From: Alphaproteobacteria bacterium
GTDB taxonomy: Bacteria; Pseudomonadota; Alphaproteobacteria; UBA2966
NCBI GenBank assembly: GCA_964291395.2
Contig: OZ219858.1
Coordinates: 224,001 to 288,000, forward strand
DNA: 64,000 bases
Reading direction: 5' to 3'
Position 1 is the stretch's first letter. Each line of letters opens with the position of its first letter. The notes beneath the pieces were generated by a model. It saw nothing but the letters and a program-made list of their open reading frames with translations, had not been told where the DNA came from and made no database searches. Made by a program: the position numbers and the translations under genes. Shown in pieces: positions 22,005-32,917 of this stretch.

Positions 22005-22707
22005 TCCAACGGCTCCTTCCCACGGACAGTCCAGATTCGCCGAGCCGCGGGAGCTGCGGCACGTCAGAACCTGGATCTTCGATCTCGACAACACGCTCTA
22101 TCCCGCACGCTGCAGGCTTTTCGATCAGGTCGACCGGAAGATCGGCGAGTACGTGGCCTCGTACTTTCAGATCGACGCCGAAACCGCACGCCATCGACAG
22201 AAGGCGTTCTATCACAGCCACGGCAGCACCCTGCGCGGCATGATGTTCCTTCACGACATGGAACCCGATGGCTACCTGGAATATGTGCATGACATCGATC
22301 TCTCGCCCGTTGATCCGGATCCTCTGTTGAACGAGGTTCTGTCGCGGCTCCCGGGCCGTAAGCTGATCTTCACGAGTGCGACGTCGGCGCACGCGGAGCG
22401 TGTGACCCGGCGGCTGGGTGTCGACCATCATTTCGAAGAGATCTTCGACGTCGTTGCCGCCGACTACACCCCAAAGCCGCACGCCGAGACTTATGATCGG
22501 TTTCTGGAGCGACACGCGGTCGACCCGACGGAATCGGTGTTCTTCGACGACATTCCGCGCAACCTCAAGCCGGCGGCGGACATCGGCATGACCACGGTGT
22601 GGATCCCGGGGCACCACGGATGGGCACAGCCCGACGACGATGATGGGTACATTCACTACGTGGCGGAGCACCTCGCCCACTGGCTCGACGTCGCCGTGCC
22701 CGCATAA
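21994..22707 (+). CDS. Pyrimidine 5'-nucleotidase (HAD family)
   Basis: '[11 protein letters not shown]', 'PKP', 'FFDDIPRNL'; usual position after argB in alphaproteobacteria. Confidence 0.88.
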   Translation: MASSPTAPSHGQSRFAEPRELRHVRTWIFDLDNTLYPARCRLFDQVDRKIGEYVASYFQIDAETARHRQKAFYHSHGSTLRGMMFLHDMEPDGYLEYVHDIDLSPVDPDPLLNEVLSRLPGRKLIFTSATSAHAERVTRRLGVDHHFEEIFDVVAADYTPKPHAETYDRFLERHAVDPTESVFFDDIPRNLKPAADIGMTTVWIPGHHGWAQPDDDDGYIHYVAEHLAHWLDVAVPA

Positions 22708-22783
22708 CCTGCGCTTCGGGCTCGGTTGACAGAGGACATCCCCCAACTATGTTCGGGCCTCGCTCGGGACTCGGGAAAAGGGA

Positions 22784-23635
22784 ATGGTGATGGCGACATC
22801 CGATCTGCAGGAAACGATCGAAGCGGCCTACGAGGACCGGAATTCGATTTCGCCCGAGACCTCGGGACCGGTTCGCGAGGCCATCGACACGGCCTTGGAC
22901 GGTCTCGATTCCGGCACCCTGCGCGTTGCCGAGAAGTCGGGCCATGGGTGGATCGTCAACCAATGGCTGAAGATGGCTGTCTTGCTGTCGTTCCGTCTCT
23001 ATGACATGGCGCCGATCGCCGGCGGACCGGGCGGGAACACCCCTTGGTTCGACAAGGTCTCCTCGAAGTTCGCCAATTGGGATGAAGCCCGGTTTCGCGA
23101 TGCCGGTTTTCGTGCCGTTCCGAATTGCGTGGTCCGGAGATCGGCGTACATCGCACCCGGCGTGATCCTCATGCCCTGTTTCGTCAATCTCGGCGCCTAT
23201 GTCGACTCGGGGACGATGGTGGACACCTGGGCGACCGTCGGCAGCTGCGCCCAGGTTGGCAAGAACTGTCATATCTCGGGGGGTGCCGGAATCGGTGGCG
23301 TATTGGAACCGTTGCAGGCCAACCCTGTAATCATCGAGGACAATTGCTTCATCGGGGCCCGTTCGGAGGTCGCCGAAGGCGTGATCGTCGAAGAAGGGGC
23401 CGTTCTTTCCATGGGTGTCTATATCGGCGCCTCGACCCGGATCGTGGATCGGGACAGCGGCGAGGTGGTCTACGGCAGGGTACCGGCATATTCCGTCGTC
23501 GTGCCGGGCTCCATGCCCGGCCGGAATCTCGCCGACGGATCGCCGGGTCCCTCGCTCTATTGCGCCGTGATCGTCAAGCGCGTCGACGCCGGAACACGTG
23601 CGAAGACGTCGATCAACGAACTCCTGCGCGACTGA
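22784..23635 (+). CDS. dapD: Tetrahydrodipicolinate N-succinyltransferase
   Basis: '[13 protein letters not shown]', '[12 protein letters not shown]', '[13 protein letters not shown]'. Confidence 0.96.
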   Translation: MVMATSDLQETIEAAYEDRNSISPETSGPVREAIDTALDGLDSGTLRVAEKSGHGWIVNQWLKMAVLLSFRLYDMAPIAGGPGGNTPWFDKVSSKFANWDEARFRDAGFRAVPNCVVRRSAYIAPGVILMPCFVNLGAYVDSGTMVDTWATVGSCAQVGKNCHISGGAGIGGVLEPLQANPVIIEDNCFIGARSEVAEGVIVEEGAVLSMGVYIGASTRIVDRDSGEVVYGRVPAYSVVVPGSMPGRNLADGSPGPSLYCAVIVKRVDAGTRAKTSINELLRD

Positions 23636-23666
23636 TCGCGGTTCGCCGGCCGGGAAGAGCGGACTC

Positions 23667-24827
23667 ATGCCCCTCCCCCTCGACATCGACGCGACGGAGC
23701 TCGCTGCCCGCATGATCCGATGTCCGAGCGTGACGCCTGCGGACGAAGGCGCCCTGGATGTCCTGCAGGAGGAACTGCAAGGCCTGGGATTCGAGTGCTG
23801 GCGTCTGCCGTTTTCCGAGCCCGGCGCGGCCGATGTCGACAACCTTTACGCCCGGCTCGGCAACGGCGCCCCCGCCTTTTGCTTTGCCGGGCACACGGAT
23901 GTCGTACCGGTCGGCGATGCGGGCCAGTGGCAGTCCGATCCGTTCTCCGGCGAAATCCGTGACGGCGTCCTGTATGGTCGCGGGGCCGCCGACATGAAAG
24001 GCGCGATCGCCTGCTTCGTCTCCGCGGTGGCCCGGTTTCTGAGGGGCGGCGAGCGCGACTGGCAGGGTTCGATCTGCATGCTGATAACCGGGGATGAGGA
24101 GGGTCCGGCCGTCAACGGCACCAGGAAGGTGCTCCGATGGATGGCTGAGAACGGCGAGTCCATCGACGTCTGCCTCGTGGGCGAGCCCACCAATCCCGAG
24201 AACATCGGCGACATGATCAAGATCGGGCGGCGGGGGTCGATGGTCGGTCGACTGGGCGTCGAAGGTGTTCAGGGACACGCCGCCTATCCCCACCTTGCGG
24301 ACAACCCCATACCGCGGCTGGTCGCCATGCTTCGGGTACTCACCGAGACGGCCCTCGACGAGGGCAGCGAGCATTTTCAACCATCGACGATCGCCGTGAC
24401 GTCCGTGGACGTCGGGAATCCCGCAACCAACGTCATTCCCGCAAGCGCGTGGGCGACTTTCAACATACGGTTCAACGATGCGCATACCGGTGCGTCGCTC
24501 GAAGCGTGGCTGCGGGAACGGTTCGACAAGGTGGGCGGGGTTTACACGCTGGACGTCTCGGTCAGCGGCGAGGCATTCCTGACCAAGCCGGGCATGTTCT
24601 CCACGACCGTCGCGACCGCCGTCGAGCGCGTGCTCGGCGTAAGGCCCGAACTCGGCACGAGCGGTGGAACCTCCGACGCCCGATTCATCAAGGACCATGC
24701 GGAGATCGCGGAATTCGGTCTCGTCGGACGCACGATGCATAAGGTGGACGAGCGCATCGCGATCTCCGACCTGGCGAAACTCACCAAAGTCTACAACGCG
24801 ATCCTCGACGACTTCTTCGCCGCCTGA
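23667..24827 (+). CDS. dapE: Succinyl-diaminopimelate desuccinylase
   Basis: 'FAGHTDVVP', 'GRGAADMKG', 'TGDEEG', 'IKIGRRGS', '[12 protein letters not shown]', 'GGTSDARFI'. Confidence 0.95.
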   Translation: MPLPLDIDATELAARMIRCPSVTPADEGALDVLQEELQGLGFECWRLPFSEPGAADVDNLYARLGNGAPAFCFAGHTDVVPVGDAGQWQSDPFSGEIRDGVLYGRGAADMKGAIACFVSAVARFLRGGERDWQGSICMLITGDEEGPAVNGTRKVLRWMAENGESIDVCLVGEPTNPENIGDMIKIGRRGSMVGRLGVEGVQGHAAYPHLADNPIPRLVAMLRVLTETALDEGSEHFQPSTIAVTSVDVGNPATNVIPASAWATFNIRFNDAHTGASLEAWLRERFDKVGGVYTLDVSVSGEAFLTKPGMFSTTVATAVERVLGVRPELGTSGGTSDARFIKDHAEIAEFGLVGRTMHKVDERIAISDLAKLTKVYNAILDDFFAA

Positions 24828-24839
24828 GGCGGCCGCCAC

Positions 24840-25400
24840 ATGCCAATGGGCCAGGAAATCCTCAATTCGGTCTTCGGCGCCTATCGTCTCGCGCTGCTCG
24901 ACGCCTCCGCCTTGCGTTGGTTCTCGGTGTCGGTGCCCGGATTCTGGCGCTCGTTCACGGCGGCCCTCGTGGTCGCCCCGCCGTTCGCGCTCATCGTGGC
25001 ACTGCGGTTCGATCCGCAAAGCACGACCGTCGAAAGCTACTGGCTCGTCGAGTCCGTGACCTACGCCCTCGGATGGGCCGTGTTTCCGATCGTCATGGTC
25101 CCGGTATGCTGGGCGTTATCCCTGGGCGGCCACTACATCACCTACATCATCGTCTACAACTGGTCGGCGGTCGTGCAGGTCGGTGCGATTCTGCCGGTCG
25201 TCATCGTCGACGCGGCCGGGATGTTGCCGGCGATGGTAAGTACCCTGCTCGGCCTGCTGGTTACCGGTGCCCTGCTCTTCTATCAGTGGTTCATCGCACG
25301 CACCGCCCTGCAAGCATCCCCGCTACTGGCGATGATCGTCGTGGCGCTCGACCTTTCGCTGGGACTGGTCGTCACGCTCGGAATCGAGCGGCTCCTTTAG
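24840..25400 (+). CDS. Hypothetical membrane protein
   Basis: About five hydrophobic segments; co-oriented directly after dapE. Confidence 0.7.
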   Translation: MPMGQEILNSVFGAYRLALLDASALRWFSVSVPGFWRSFTAALVVAPPFALIVALRFDPQSTTVESYWLVESVTYALGWAVFPIVMVPVCWALSLGGHYITYIIVYNWSAVVQVGAILPVVIVDAAGMLPAMVSTLLGLLVTGALLFYQWFIARTALQASPLLAMIVVALDLSLGLVVTLGIERLL

Positions 25401-25421
25401 CCCCGCCGGAAGATGGGCCCG

Positions 25422-26162
25422 TCAGTCATAATCGACCCTGACGAGGTAGAGGCCCCGTGCCGGCGCCGTAGGTCCGGCGCGTGAGCGGTCTCGCGCCGCC
25501 AGAGCTCCGGCAACGTCGGCGATACGCCACTTGCCTTCTCCCACGAGCTTCAGGGTGCCCGTCATCGCTCGGACCTGGTGGTGCAGGAACGACCGCGCGG
25601 ACACGTTCACTTCGATCTCCTCGCCGCGCCGGTCGACCCGCAGGAAGTCGAGGGTCTTGACGGGCGAGGTCGACTGGCACTGCGCTGCCCGGAAAGTCTT
25701 GAAATCGTGTCGGCCGACGAGCGCTTGGGCGGCCTCGTGCATGGCGGCCGCGTCGAGCGCGACGGGGACGTGCCAGATCCGGTCCCGCGCGATCGTCGGG
25801 CGTGCCGTGCGATTCAATATGCGATAGCGATAGTGGCGGGCCGTTGCCGAAAAGCGTGCGTGGAACCGCTCATCCACCTCATCGACACCGAGCACCGCGA
25901 TGGGAGCCGGCTGGAGATGGAAGTTGATGGCGTTCTGTACCGTGTGGGTCCGGTGATCGCGTGACAGGTCTACGTGAACTATCTGCCCCAGGGCGTGCAC
26001 ACCGGCATCGGTCCGGCCCGCCGCGTGCAACGTGACCTTGTCACCGCAGAATCGTTCGATCGCCCGTTCCAGGCATTCCTGCACCGAGAGGCCGTTGGCT
26101 TGGCGCTGCCAGCCGTGGAAGGGTGTCCCGTCGTATTCGACGGTCAACTTGTAGCGGGGCAT
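25422..26162 (-). CDS. truA: tRNA pseudouridine(38-40) synthase
   Basis: '[13 protein letters not shown]', '[10 protein letters not shown]', 'SFLHHQVR'. Confidence 0.96.
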   Translation of the reverse strand: MPRYKLTVEYDGTPFHGWQRQANGLSVQECLERAIERFCGDKVTLHAAGRTDAGVHALGQIVHVDLSRDHRTHTVQNAINFHLQPAPIAVLGVDEVDERFHARFSATARHYRYRILNRTARPTIARDRIWHVPVALDAAAMHEAAQALVGRHDFKTFRAAQCQSTSPVKTLDFLRVDRRGEEIEVNVSARSFLHHQVRAMTGTLKLVGEGKWRIADVAGALAARDRSRAGPTAPARGLYLVRVDYD

Positions 26163-26166
26163 GCTC

Positions 26167-27090
26167 TCAGCCTAGCTGCGTGCCTGTCGGCAGCGACCGT
26201 CCGCGCAGGAATGCATGGGCGTCCATCGCCCTGCGGCCTTCACGCTGGATCCGATCGAGGCGCAGCGCGCCGTCGCCGCAGGCGACGGTAAGCAGGTCAT
26301 CCAGGACTTCGCCCGGCGTGCCCGAAGACTCGTTCATCTTCGTGCATGCGAACACCTTGATACGCTCTCCATCGTGGCGAAACCAGGCGCTGGGCGCCGG
26401 CGCAAGCGCCCTGATCTGGTGATCGATCTCGTCCGCGGAACGCTGCCAGTCGATCTCCTCTTCCGAACGCTCGATTTTTCGCGCGTACGTCGCACCCTCC
26501 TTGGACTGAACCGTCGGTTCGAGGGTCCCCTCCGGCAACTTGGAAAGGGATTCGACGATCGATTCGGCACCCAATTGGGCCAAACGGTCGTGCAGGGAGC
26601 CCGCAGTTTCTTCGGATGAAACGGGGATGCGGCGCTGGAGATACACGGGACCGGTATCCAGCCCCTCGTCCATCAACATGATGCTGACCCCCGACTCGGT
26701 ATCGCCGGCCATCAGCGCACGCTGGATGGGCGCCGCGCCGCGCCAGCGCGGCAGGAGAGACGCATGGACGTTGAGACAGCCGAGGCGTGGGATGTCGAGC
26801 ACGGGCTTCGGCAGAACAACCCCGTAAGCCACGACGACGATGGCGTCGGGGTTGAGCGACGTCAAGAAGCGGCGCTCTTCCTCCGCACGCAAGGTCTCGG
26901 GAGCTCGAACCGCGATGCCGAGCCGGGTCGCGGACTCGTGCACCGGCGTGGGTCGGGCATGCTTTCCTCGACCGGTCTGCCGCGGAGGCCGCGTGTACAC
27001 CTGCGCCACGTCGTGACCGGCATCGATCAACGCTGACAGAGACGGCACCGCGAAATCCGGCGTGCCCATGAATATCAGCCGAAGCGCCAT
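26167..27090 (-). CDS. fmt: Methionyl-tRNA formyltransferase
   Basis: 'FMGTPDFA', '[16 protein letters not shown]', 'MDEGLDTG'. Confidence 0.96.
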   Translation of the reverse strand: MALRLIFMGTPDFAVPSLSALIDAGHDVAQVYTRPPRQTGRGKHARPTPVHESATRLGIAVRAPETLRAEEERRFLTSLNPDAIVVVAYGVVLPKPVLDIPRLGCLNVHASLLPRWRGAAPIQRALMAGDTESGVSIMLMDEGLDTGPVYLQRRIPVSSEETAGSLHDRLAQLGAESIVESLSKLPEGTLEPTVQSKEGATYARKIERSEEEIDWQRSADEIDHQIRALAPAPSAWFRHDGERIKVFACTKMNESSGTPGEVLDDLLTVACGDGALRLDRIQREGRRAMDAHAFLRGRSLPTGTQLG

Positions 27091-27091
27091 G

Positions 27092-27616
27092 TCAGGCCGT
27101 GGCGTATTGCGCCTGTTTGCGTGCCTTCGCGAGCTTGCGAACAATCATGTTCCGCTTTACGGCGGAGAGGTGATCCACGAACAGAATGCCTTCGAGATGG
27201 TCCATCTCGTGTTGAATGCACGTCGAAAGTATCTCGCAGGCATGAATTTCACGCCGCACGTTGTCGTAATCGACATAACTGACCTTCACTTCCGAAGGGC
27301 GAACGACGCCCGCGTACTGATCCGGCAGGGACAGGCAGCCTTCCTCTCGCTCCAGGAATTCATCCGACGACCACACGATTTCAGGATTGACGAGAAAGAG
27401 AGGTCCTTCCGGCTGTGTCTCCCGGCCCAGGTCTACGACGATCGCGCGCCTGGGGATCCCCACCTGGATGGCGGCCAGTCCGATGCCCGGAGCCGCGTAC
27501 ATGGTCTCCAACATGTCGTCGAGCAACTGGCGGACCCCGTCGTCGACGCTCTCGACCTTCTCGGAGGTTACTTTCAGCTTCGCGTTGGGCGCTGCGATGA
27601 TGGGCAATATGGTCAT
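27092..27616 (-). CDS. def: Peptide deformylase
   Basis: 'GIGLAAIQ', 'EGCLS', 'QHEMDHLEG'. Confidence 0.97.
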   Translation of the reverse strand: MTILPIIAAPNAKLKVTSEKVESVDDGVRQLLDDMLETMYAAPGIGLAAIQVGIPRRAIVVDLGRETQPEGPLFLVNPEIVWSSDEFLEREEGCLSLPDQYAGVVRPSEVKVSYVDYDNVRREIHACEILSTCIQHEMDHLEGILFVDHLSAVKRNMIVRKLAKARKQAQYATA

Positions 27617-27863
27617 GAATCTTCGTATCCGGCGCTTGGTAGCGACTTCCTTACCCCAGGTCGCATCTCAGGCGAAAGAGGCAAACGCTCCTTCGCCGAG
27701 AATCGATCGACCATATGGATTCCCCTCCTGAAGTCCGAGGTTGGATATAATATGGCGTCACGGGGGATGGCACTTGGTCGGACTGAAGTCATGACACGCG
27801 CCGGCCTCGATCCATTCACACCTCTTCTCACAGACCTCCGTCCGACAGGATTAAGACAGAGCA

Positions 27864-28619
27864 ATGCCCAAGGAAGCAACGCAGCTCGTTCTCCCCACCG
27901 ACGCGACATTCGACGCATCGACGGCCGGTGTATTCTCGGACCGGCGCACTATCGAGGCACCGCCATTTCCCCTGCCGCCGCAGTTGAAGCCAAACACGCG
28001 GCTCGTCATGGACGGGCTCGAGTTCTTGTCCCTTCTGCCCGATAACGCCGTGCCCGTGGCGTTCTTCGACCCTCAGTACCGCGGAGTTCTCGACAAACTA
28101 TCCTATGGCAATGAGGGCGTGGATCGCGGGCAACGGCGTTGTGCGCTCCAGCAAATGTCCGAGGCGACGATCGCGACGTTCATCCTCGACATCGGCCGCG
28201 TGCTGGTACCGTCCGGCCACCTGTTTCTCTGGGTCGACAAGTTCCATCTATGCGAAGGATTCAAGGCCTGGCTGGACGGAACGGCACTCGGCATCGTTGA
28301 CCTCGTAACCTGGGACAAGGGCAAGATGGGAATGGGGTATCGCACTCGCCGGACGGCGGAATACTGCGCCGTTTTGCAGAAGCGACCGCACAAAGCCAAG
28401 GGCGTATGGAAGATCCACAACATCGCTGACGTGTGGCGTGAGAAGGTGGTGAAGACAGGCCATCCGCATAGTAAGCCGGTTGATCTGCAAGGTGAGTTGA
28501 TGGCCGCCGTGTCTAACGAAGGAGATTTTGTGATCGACCCGGCGGCCGGATCGTTCTCCGTTCTGCAGGCGGCGAGAAACCGCCGCCGCACTTTCCTGGG
28601 CTGCGACTTGGACGGATGA
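27864..28619 (+). CDS. Orphan N6-adenine/N4-cytosine DNA methyltransferase (beta-class motif order)
   Basis: Catalytic motif IV 'FFDPQY' near the N-terminus; 'HPHSKP' and SAM motif 'VIDPAAGSFS...FLGCDL' at the C-terminus. Confidence 0.85.
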   Translation: MPKEATQLVLPTDATFDASTAGVFSDRRTIEAPPFPLPPQLKPNTRLVMDGLEFLSLLPDNAVPVAFFDPQYRGVLDKLSYGNEGVDRGQRRCALQQMSEATIATFILDIGRVLVPSGHLFLWVDKFHLCEGFKAWLDGTALGIVDLVTWDKGKMGMGYRTRRTAEYCAVLQKRPHKAKGVWKIHNIADVWREKVVKTGHPHSKPVDLQGELMAAVSNEGDFVIDPAAGSFSVLQAARNRRRTFLGCDLDG

Positions 28620-28786
28620 TCTTGCCGCCGCAGGATGGATTTTTGCAGGAGCGGCGCGCCCTTCGCCACTTCTTGCCGCGGCTTTTGTCCAATGTTGGAA
28701 AGGTACGCCCCGCCTCCCGCTAATCACGGCAGCAGCGGACTCCATATGCGTGGTATGGTGGTGGCGATGCATCGCCGGAATACACG

Positions 28787-29869
28787 TTGATGGACGCGAC
28801 CAGTCTCGTCATCGTCGCCGTCGTGGCCGCCGTACCGCTGGCCGGCGCCGTTTTCCTCGCCATGTTCCTGATCGGCGCTCAACGGGAGATGAGCGGTCGC
28901 ATCGCTCAGATCGCGGAGAGTACGGCGGCGAACCAGGCGGATCTACGGCGCACGCTTGACGAGCGCCTCGACGGCGTTACCCGCAGACTGGGTGAAGGAT
29001 TGGAACAGTCGGCGACCCGCACCGCGGAAACGCTGGGCGATCTCAAAAAGCACCTCAATGTCCTCGACGCGGCACAGAAGAACATCACGGAACTGAGCGG
29101 GCACGTCGTCGGACTACAGGACATCCTCGCCAACAAGCAGGCGCGAGGTGCCTTCGGAGAGATCCAGCTCCACGATCTCGTGCAGTCCGCGCTGCCGCCG
29201 TCGGCCTACGAGTTCCAGGCCACATTATCGAACAACCGGCGTGCGGATTGTTTGATCAAACTTCCCAACCCGCCCGGGCCGATCGTCGTGGACGCGAAGT
29301 TTCCGCTCGAGAGCTATCACGCCCTGCGATCGGCAGAGAACGAAACGGCTCGGACGGCGGCTGCACGATCGTTCGCGCAGGACATTCTGAAGCATGTCGG
29401 CGACATAGCGGACCGGTACATCGTTCCCGGCGAGACGGCGGAGTCGGCGCTGATGTTCCTTCCCGCTGAAGCCGTCTACGCGGAGCTTCACGCCAACTTT
29501 CCGGGCACGCTCGAACGGTCGTTTCGCCGCCGCGTGTGGATCGTCTCACCGACCACGCTGATGGCCACCCTCAATACGGTCCGCGCGATCCTTCGGGATG
29601 CACAAATGCGAGAGCAGGCCGGCGTCGTGCAGAGAGAGGTGCAGGCCCTGCTGAAGGATGTCCTCCGACTCGATGATCGGGTTTCCAAGCTTCACCGGCA
29701 TTTCGACCAGGCGGGAGAAGACATGCGCCAGATCCGCATCTCCACGGAGAAGGTGATCAAGCGGGGCGAAAACATCGAGAACCTTCAAATCGGCGATACG
29801 GAAGATGGCGTTGAAGGCCCGGACGCCCAAATCCATCGATTGCCGCCCCGGGAACGCGACGCGGGGTGA
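28787..29869 (+). CDS. rmuC: DNA recombination protein RmuC
   Basis: N-terminal TM and coiled coil; 'KQARGAFGEIQL', 'VDAKFPLE', 'MFLPAEAVY', 'VSPTTL'. Confidence 0.93.
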   Translation: MMDATSLVIVAVVAAVPLAGAVFLAMFLIGAQREMSGRIAQIAESTAANQADLRRTLDERLDGVTRRLGEGLEQSATRTAETLGDLKKHLNVLDAAQKNITELSGHVVGLQDILANKQARGAFGEIQLHDLVQSALPPSAYEFQATLSNNRRADCLIKLPNPPGPIVVDAKFPLESYHALRSAENETARTAAARSFAQDILKHVGDIADRYIVPGETAESALMFLPAEAVYAELHANFPGTLERSFRRRVWIVSPTTLMATLNTVRAILRDAQMREQAGVVQREVQALLKDVLRLDDRVSKLHRHFDQAGEDMRQIRISTEKVIKRGENIENLQIGDTEDGVEGPDAQIHRLPPRERDAG

Positions 29870-29870
29870 T

Positions 29871-30464
29871 CTACATCGGCCGGCGGGATTTCAGCGCCGC
29901 TCCAATGGTTCCATCATCGAGATAGTCGAGTTCGCCGCCCACGGGAACGCCGTGGGCGAGTTGCGACACCTTGACGTCGCACCCCGTGAGACAGTCGTGA
30001 ATGTAATGGGCCGTGGTCTGACCGTCGACGGTCGCGTTGAGGGCAAGGATGATTTCCTTGACCTCCGGTGTCCTCGCGCGGGTGATCAAGCTGGCAATGT
30101 TGAGATCCTCCGGTCCGACGCCGTCCAGCGCGGACAGCGTACCGCCCAGCACCTGATATCGGCCGCGAAACACACCGGCACGTTCCAATGCCCAAAGGTC
30201 CGCGACTTCTTCGACCACGCAGATCTGAGACGAATCCCGGCGGGCATCCACGCAGACCCGACAGGGGTCCTGGGCATCCAGGTTTCCACACATCGAGCAG
30301 GGATGAACGGCGCCCGCGACGGTGTTCAGGGCCTGGGCGAGCGGTTCGAGGAGCGTGTCCTTCCGCTTGATGAGATGCAAAGCGGCGCGGCGTGCGGAGC
30401 GCGGACCCAGACCGGGAATCCGGGCCAGCAGCTGGATCAGGCGTTCGATGTGACCGTCGCGCAT
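29871..30464 (-). CDS. recR: Recombination mediator RecR
   Basis: '[10 protein letters not shown]', C4 zinc finger, Toprim '[11 protein letters not shown]', '[12 protein letters not shown]'. Confidence 0.96.
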   Translation of the reverse strand: MRDGHIERLIQLLARIPGLGPRSARRAALHLIKRKDTLLEPLAQALNTVAGAVHPCSMCGNLDAQDPCRVCVDARRDSSQICVVEEVADLWALERAGVFRGRYQVLGGTLSALDGVGPEDLNIASLITRARTPEVKEIILALNATVDGQTTAHYIHDCLTGCDVKVSQLAHGVPVGGELDYLDDGTIGAALKSRRPM

Positions 30465-30483
30465 GCCGGGAGGGCGGATGCCA

Positions 30484-30807
30484 TCAAAACGGCAGCTTGA
30501 AGCCCGGCGGCAATTTGAGCGCGCCCGTCACCTTCGCCATCTCTTCTTGTACCAGCTCTTCCGCCTTGGCCTTCGCATCGTTGTGCGCGGCGACGATGAG
30601 GTCCTCAAGCACCTCCTTGTCGTCCCCTCCGAGCAGGGATGGATCGATTTGAATCATCCGCATGTCCCCTTTGCCGGACAACGTCACTTCGACCATCCCG
30701 CCACCTGAAGCCCCGGTGACCTGCATGGCCCCGATTCGCTCCTGGGCTTCACCCATCTTGGCCTGCATCTCCTGCGCCTGCTTCATCATGTCACCCAGGT
30801 TGGGCAT
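30484..30807 (-). CDS. ybaB: YbaB/EbfC nucleoid-associated protein
   Basis: 'MMKQAQEMQ', '[10 protein letters not shown]', '[11 protein letters not shown]'; dnaX-ybaB-recR synteny. Confidence 0.94.
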   Translation of the reverse strand: MPNLGDMMKQAQEMQAKMGEAQERIGAMQVTGASGGGMVEVTLSGKGDMRMIQIDPSLLGGDDKEVLEDLIVAAHNDAKAKAEELVQEEMAKVTGALKLPPGFKLPF

Positions 30808-30825
30808 GACAGCTCCTCTCAGTTC

Positions 30826-32604
30826 CTAAGATTCTTCCTCTTCCTTGAGGACCTCGGACATCTCGTCGGCGTCAGCGGACGGCACCAATGCCACGTCCCG
30901 GATCTCTCGGACCTCGGCGCCCGGAAAGGTGTCCAACGTCTTTCGCACCAATGGGTGTTGCTCGACCCGGGCGCGGCGATCCCGTTCCGCCGATACTGCC
31001 TGTTGGTTCAACGTCGGAGCGCCCTCGGCCGGCGAAACCGCAACCACCCAACGGCGTCCCGTGCCCTCGCTCAATAACGTTCCGAGACGGCTGGTCAGAT
31101 CGCGCTCGGCCTTGTCGTCCAATCTTAATTCGATCCGGCCGGGCTCGAAACTGACCAGATGAACATTGTTCCGTAAATTCGCCTCGAGGATCGGCTCCTT
31201 CATCTCACGAACGAAGGCGACGACGGAGTCGAAATCGGGCAGGGCCCGTCCGTGAGCCGGCTGCGAAGCCTTCTGCCCGGTCGGCACAGGCTCTGATTCC
31301 TGAGTGAGGGAGGGCACCGCCGTCACGGCCGCACTTTCGGCTGTGGCGTGAAGCGTGGCGTCCCCCGTAACCGAAGGCGTCGCCGCCGACCGAGCGACCG
31401 TGTCGGATGTATCGCCCGGTTCGGTGGCCATCGCGCCGCTGTCCGTCTCTCTCAGTTGACGAATGATCTCCGCCGGCGCGGGCAGACTCGCCGCGTAACC
31501 GAGACGCACGATGACCATTTCGGCCGCCGCGCTTGGAGAGGGTGCCGATCTCACCTCGCTCAACCCCTTGAGCAGCATCTGCCAGGCCCGGGTCAGTATC
31601 GGCATGGAGAGATCGGTCGCCATGCGCTCGCCGCGCGTTCGATCTGTCTCGGCCACGGTGGGATCCTCGAGCGAGTCCGGAACCACCTTTACCCGAGTCA
31701 GCCAATGGGTCAGCGTGAGAAGGTCCTCCACGATGAGGTCGGGTTCGGCTCCCGCGCCGACGAGTTCGCTGAATGTACCCAGTGCCGCGGCGACGTGGCC
31801 GTGCAACACCTGTTCCAACAGCCCGTACATTTGGACGCGATCGGCCAGACCCAGCATGTCCCGAACGCGGTCGACCGAGACGTCCTCGCCCGCCAGTGTT
31901 GCGGCCTGGTCGAGAAGCGACAGGGCGTCGCGCACCGATCCTTCCGCCGCTCGGGCGATGATATCCAGCGCGCCCCTTTCGATCTCGATGACTTCGTGCT
32001 CGCAAATCCGGGCAAGGTGATCCACGAGCGATGCGGCCTCGATACGTCGAAGGTCGAAACGCATGCATCGCGACAAGACGGTTACGGGTATGCGGCGGAC
32101 CTCGGTCGTCGCAAACACGAACATCGCATGCGGCGGCGGTTCTTCCAGCGTCTTCAGCAACGCATTGAACGCGTTGGTCGACAGCATGTGAACCTCGTCG
32201 ATGATGTAGACCTTGTATCGGCCCGAGACCGGTGCATAGCGCACGCCATCGATGAGGTCGCGAATGCCGTCAACACCCGTGTGGCTGGCGGCGTCCATTT
32301 CGAGCACGTCGACGTGCCGGTCTTCCGAAATGGCCGCGCAGTGCTCGCACGTACCGCAGGGGTCCTCCGTCGGCCCATCGCCACGGCCCGTGCAATTCAT
32401 CGCCTTGGCGATGATGCGTGCCGTCGAGGTCTTGCCGACTCCGCGAACGCCCGTCAGTACGAAGGCATGCGGCAGCCGCTCGGTCCGTATGGCGCTGGTG
32501 AGCGTACGCACCATGACCTCCTGGCCGACGAGGTCAGTGAACGTCTGAGGCCGATACTTGCGCGCAAGAACACGGTAAGGGGACGACGCTGAGGTATCGG
32601 TCAT
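30826..32604 (-). CDS. dnaX: DNA polymerase III subunit gamma/tau
   Basis: 'YRVLARKYRPQTF', 'GVRGVGKTS', 'IIDEVHML', 'LKTLEEPP', 'SRC'. Confidence 0.96.
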   Translation of the reverse strand: MTDTSASSPYRVLARKYRPQTFTDLVGQEVMVRTLTSAIRTERLPHAFVLTGVRGVGKTSTARIIAKAMNCTGRGDGPTEDPCGTCEHCAAISEDRHVDVLEMDAASHTGVDGIRDLIDGVRYAPVSGRYKVYIIDEVHMLSTNAFNALLKTLEEPPPHAMFVFATTEVRRIPVTVLSRCMRFDLRRIEAASLVDHLARICEHEVIEIERGALDIIARAAEGSVRDALSLLDQAATLAGEDVSVDRVRDMLGLADRVQMYGLLEQVLHGHVAAALGTFSELVGAGAEPDLIVEDLLTLTHWLTRVKVVPDSLEDPTVAETDRTRGERMATDLSMPILTRAWQMLLKGLSEVRSAPSPSAAAEMVIVRLGYAASLPAPAEIIRQLRETDSGAMATEPGDTSDTVARSAATPSVTGDATLHATAESAAVTAVPSLTQESEPVPTGQKASQPAHGRALPDFDSVVAFVREMKEPILEANLRNNVHLVSFEPGRIELRLDDKAERDLTSRLGTLLSEGTGRRWVVAVSPAEGAPTLNQQAVSAERDRRARVEQHPLVRKTLDTFPGAEVREIRDVALVPSADADEMSEVLKEEEES

Positions 32605-32677
32605 GGTGTCCTGGCGGCCAGTGTTCCTCGCGCGGCAATGTTGCGGATCCGGGTCACCCGGTCGGCAGGGCTGAGGC

Positions 32678-32775
32678 AGGAGATTGGACAGACGACCCGG
32701 ACCAACATCGTTACGGCTGCTTCCTTCCGGACCTGACCGGGTTGGCGAAGTGGCCCGTCCACCAGCCAACCTCCC
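32678..32775 (-). ncRNA. ffs: SRP (4.5S) RNA
   Basis: Minus strand contains the domain IV consensus CCGGTCAGGTCCGGAAGGAAGCAGCC, closed by GGGAGGTTGG/CCAATCTCCT; upstream of dnaX. Confidence 0.93.
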
Positions 32776-32781
32776 ACTCAC

Positions 32782-32810
32782 ACTATCGGCGTTTCACGAC
32801 CGGAAGACAA
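32782..32810 (-). promoter_or_regulatory. Putative sigma-70 promoter of ffs
   Basis: TTGTCT-17 nt-GATAGT ending 6 nt before the RNA 5' end. Confidence 0.55.
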
Positions 32811-32917
32811 GCACGCGGACCACCCCCTTCAAGGGCCTGTACGTCGGGTTGTCGCGGACAACCCTCTGTGCCAATTTGGCCCCTGTCTAACCCATCCAAT
32901 GTCCTTGGCAACCCTGG

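Noticed and set aside
30826-32604. Programmed -1 frameshift in dnaX
   Set aside because: No A-AAA-AAG or long A run seen in the linker region.
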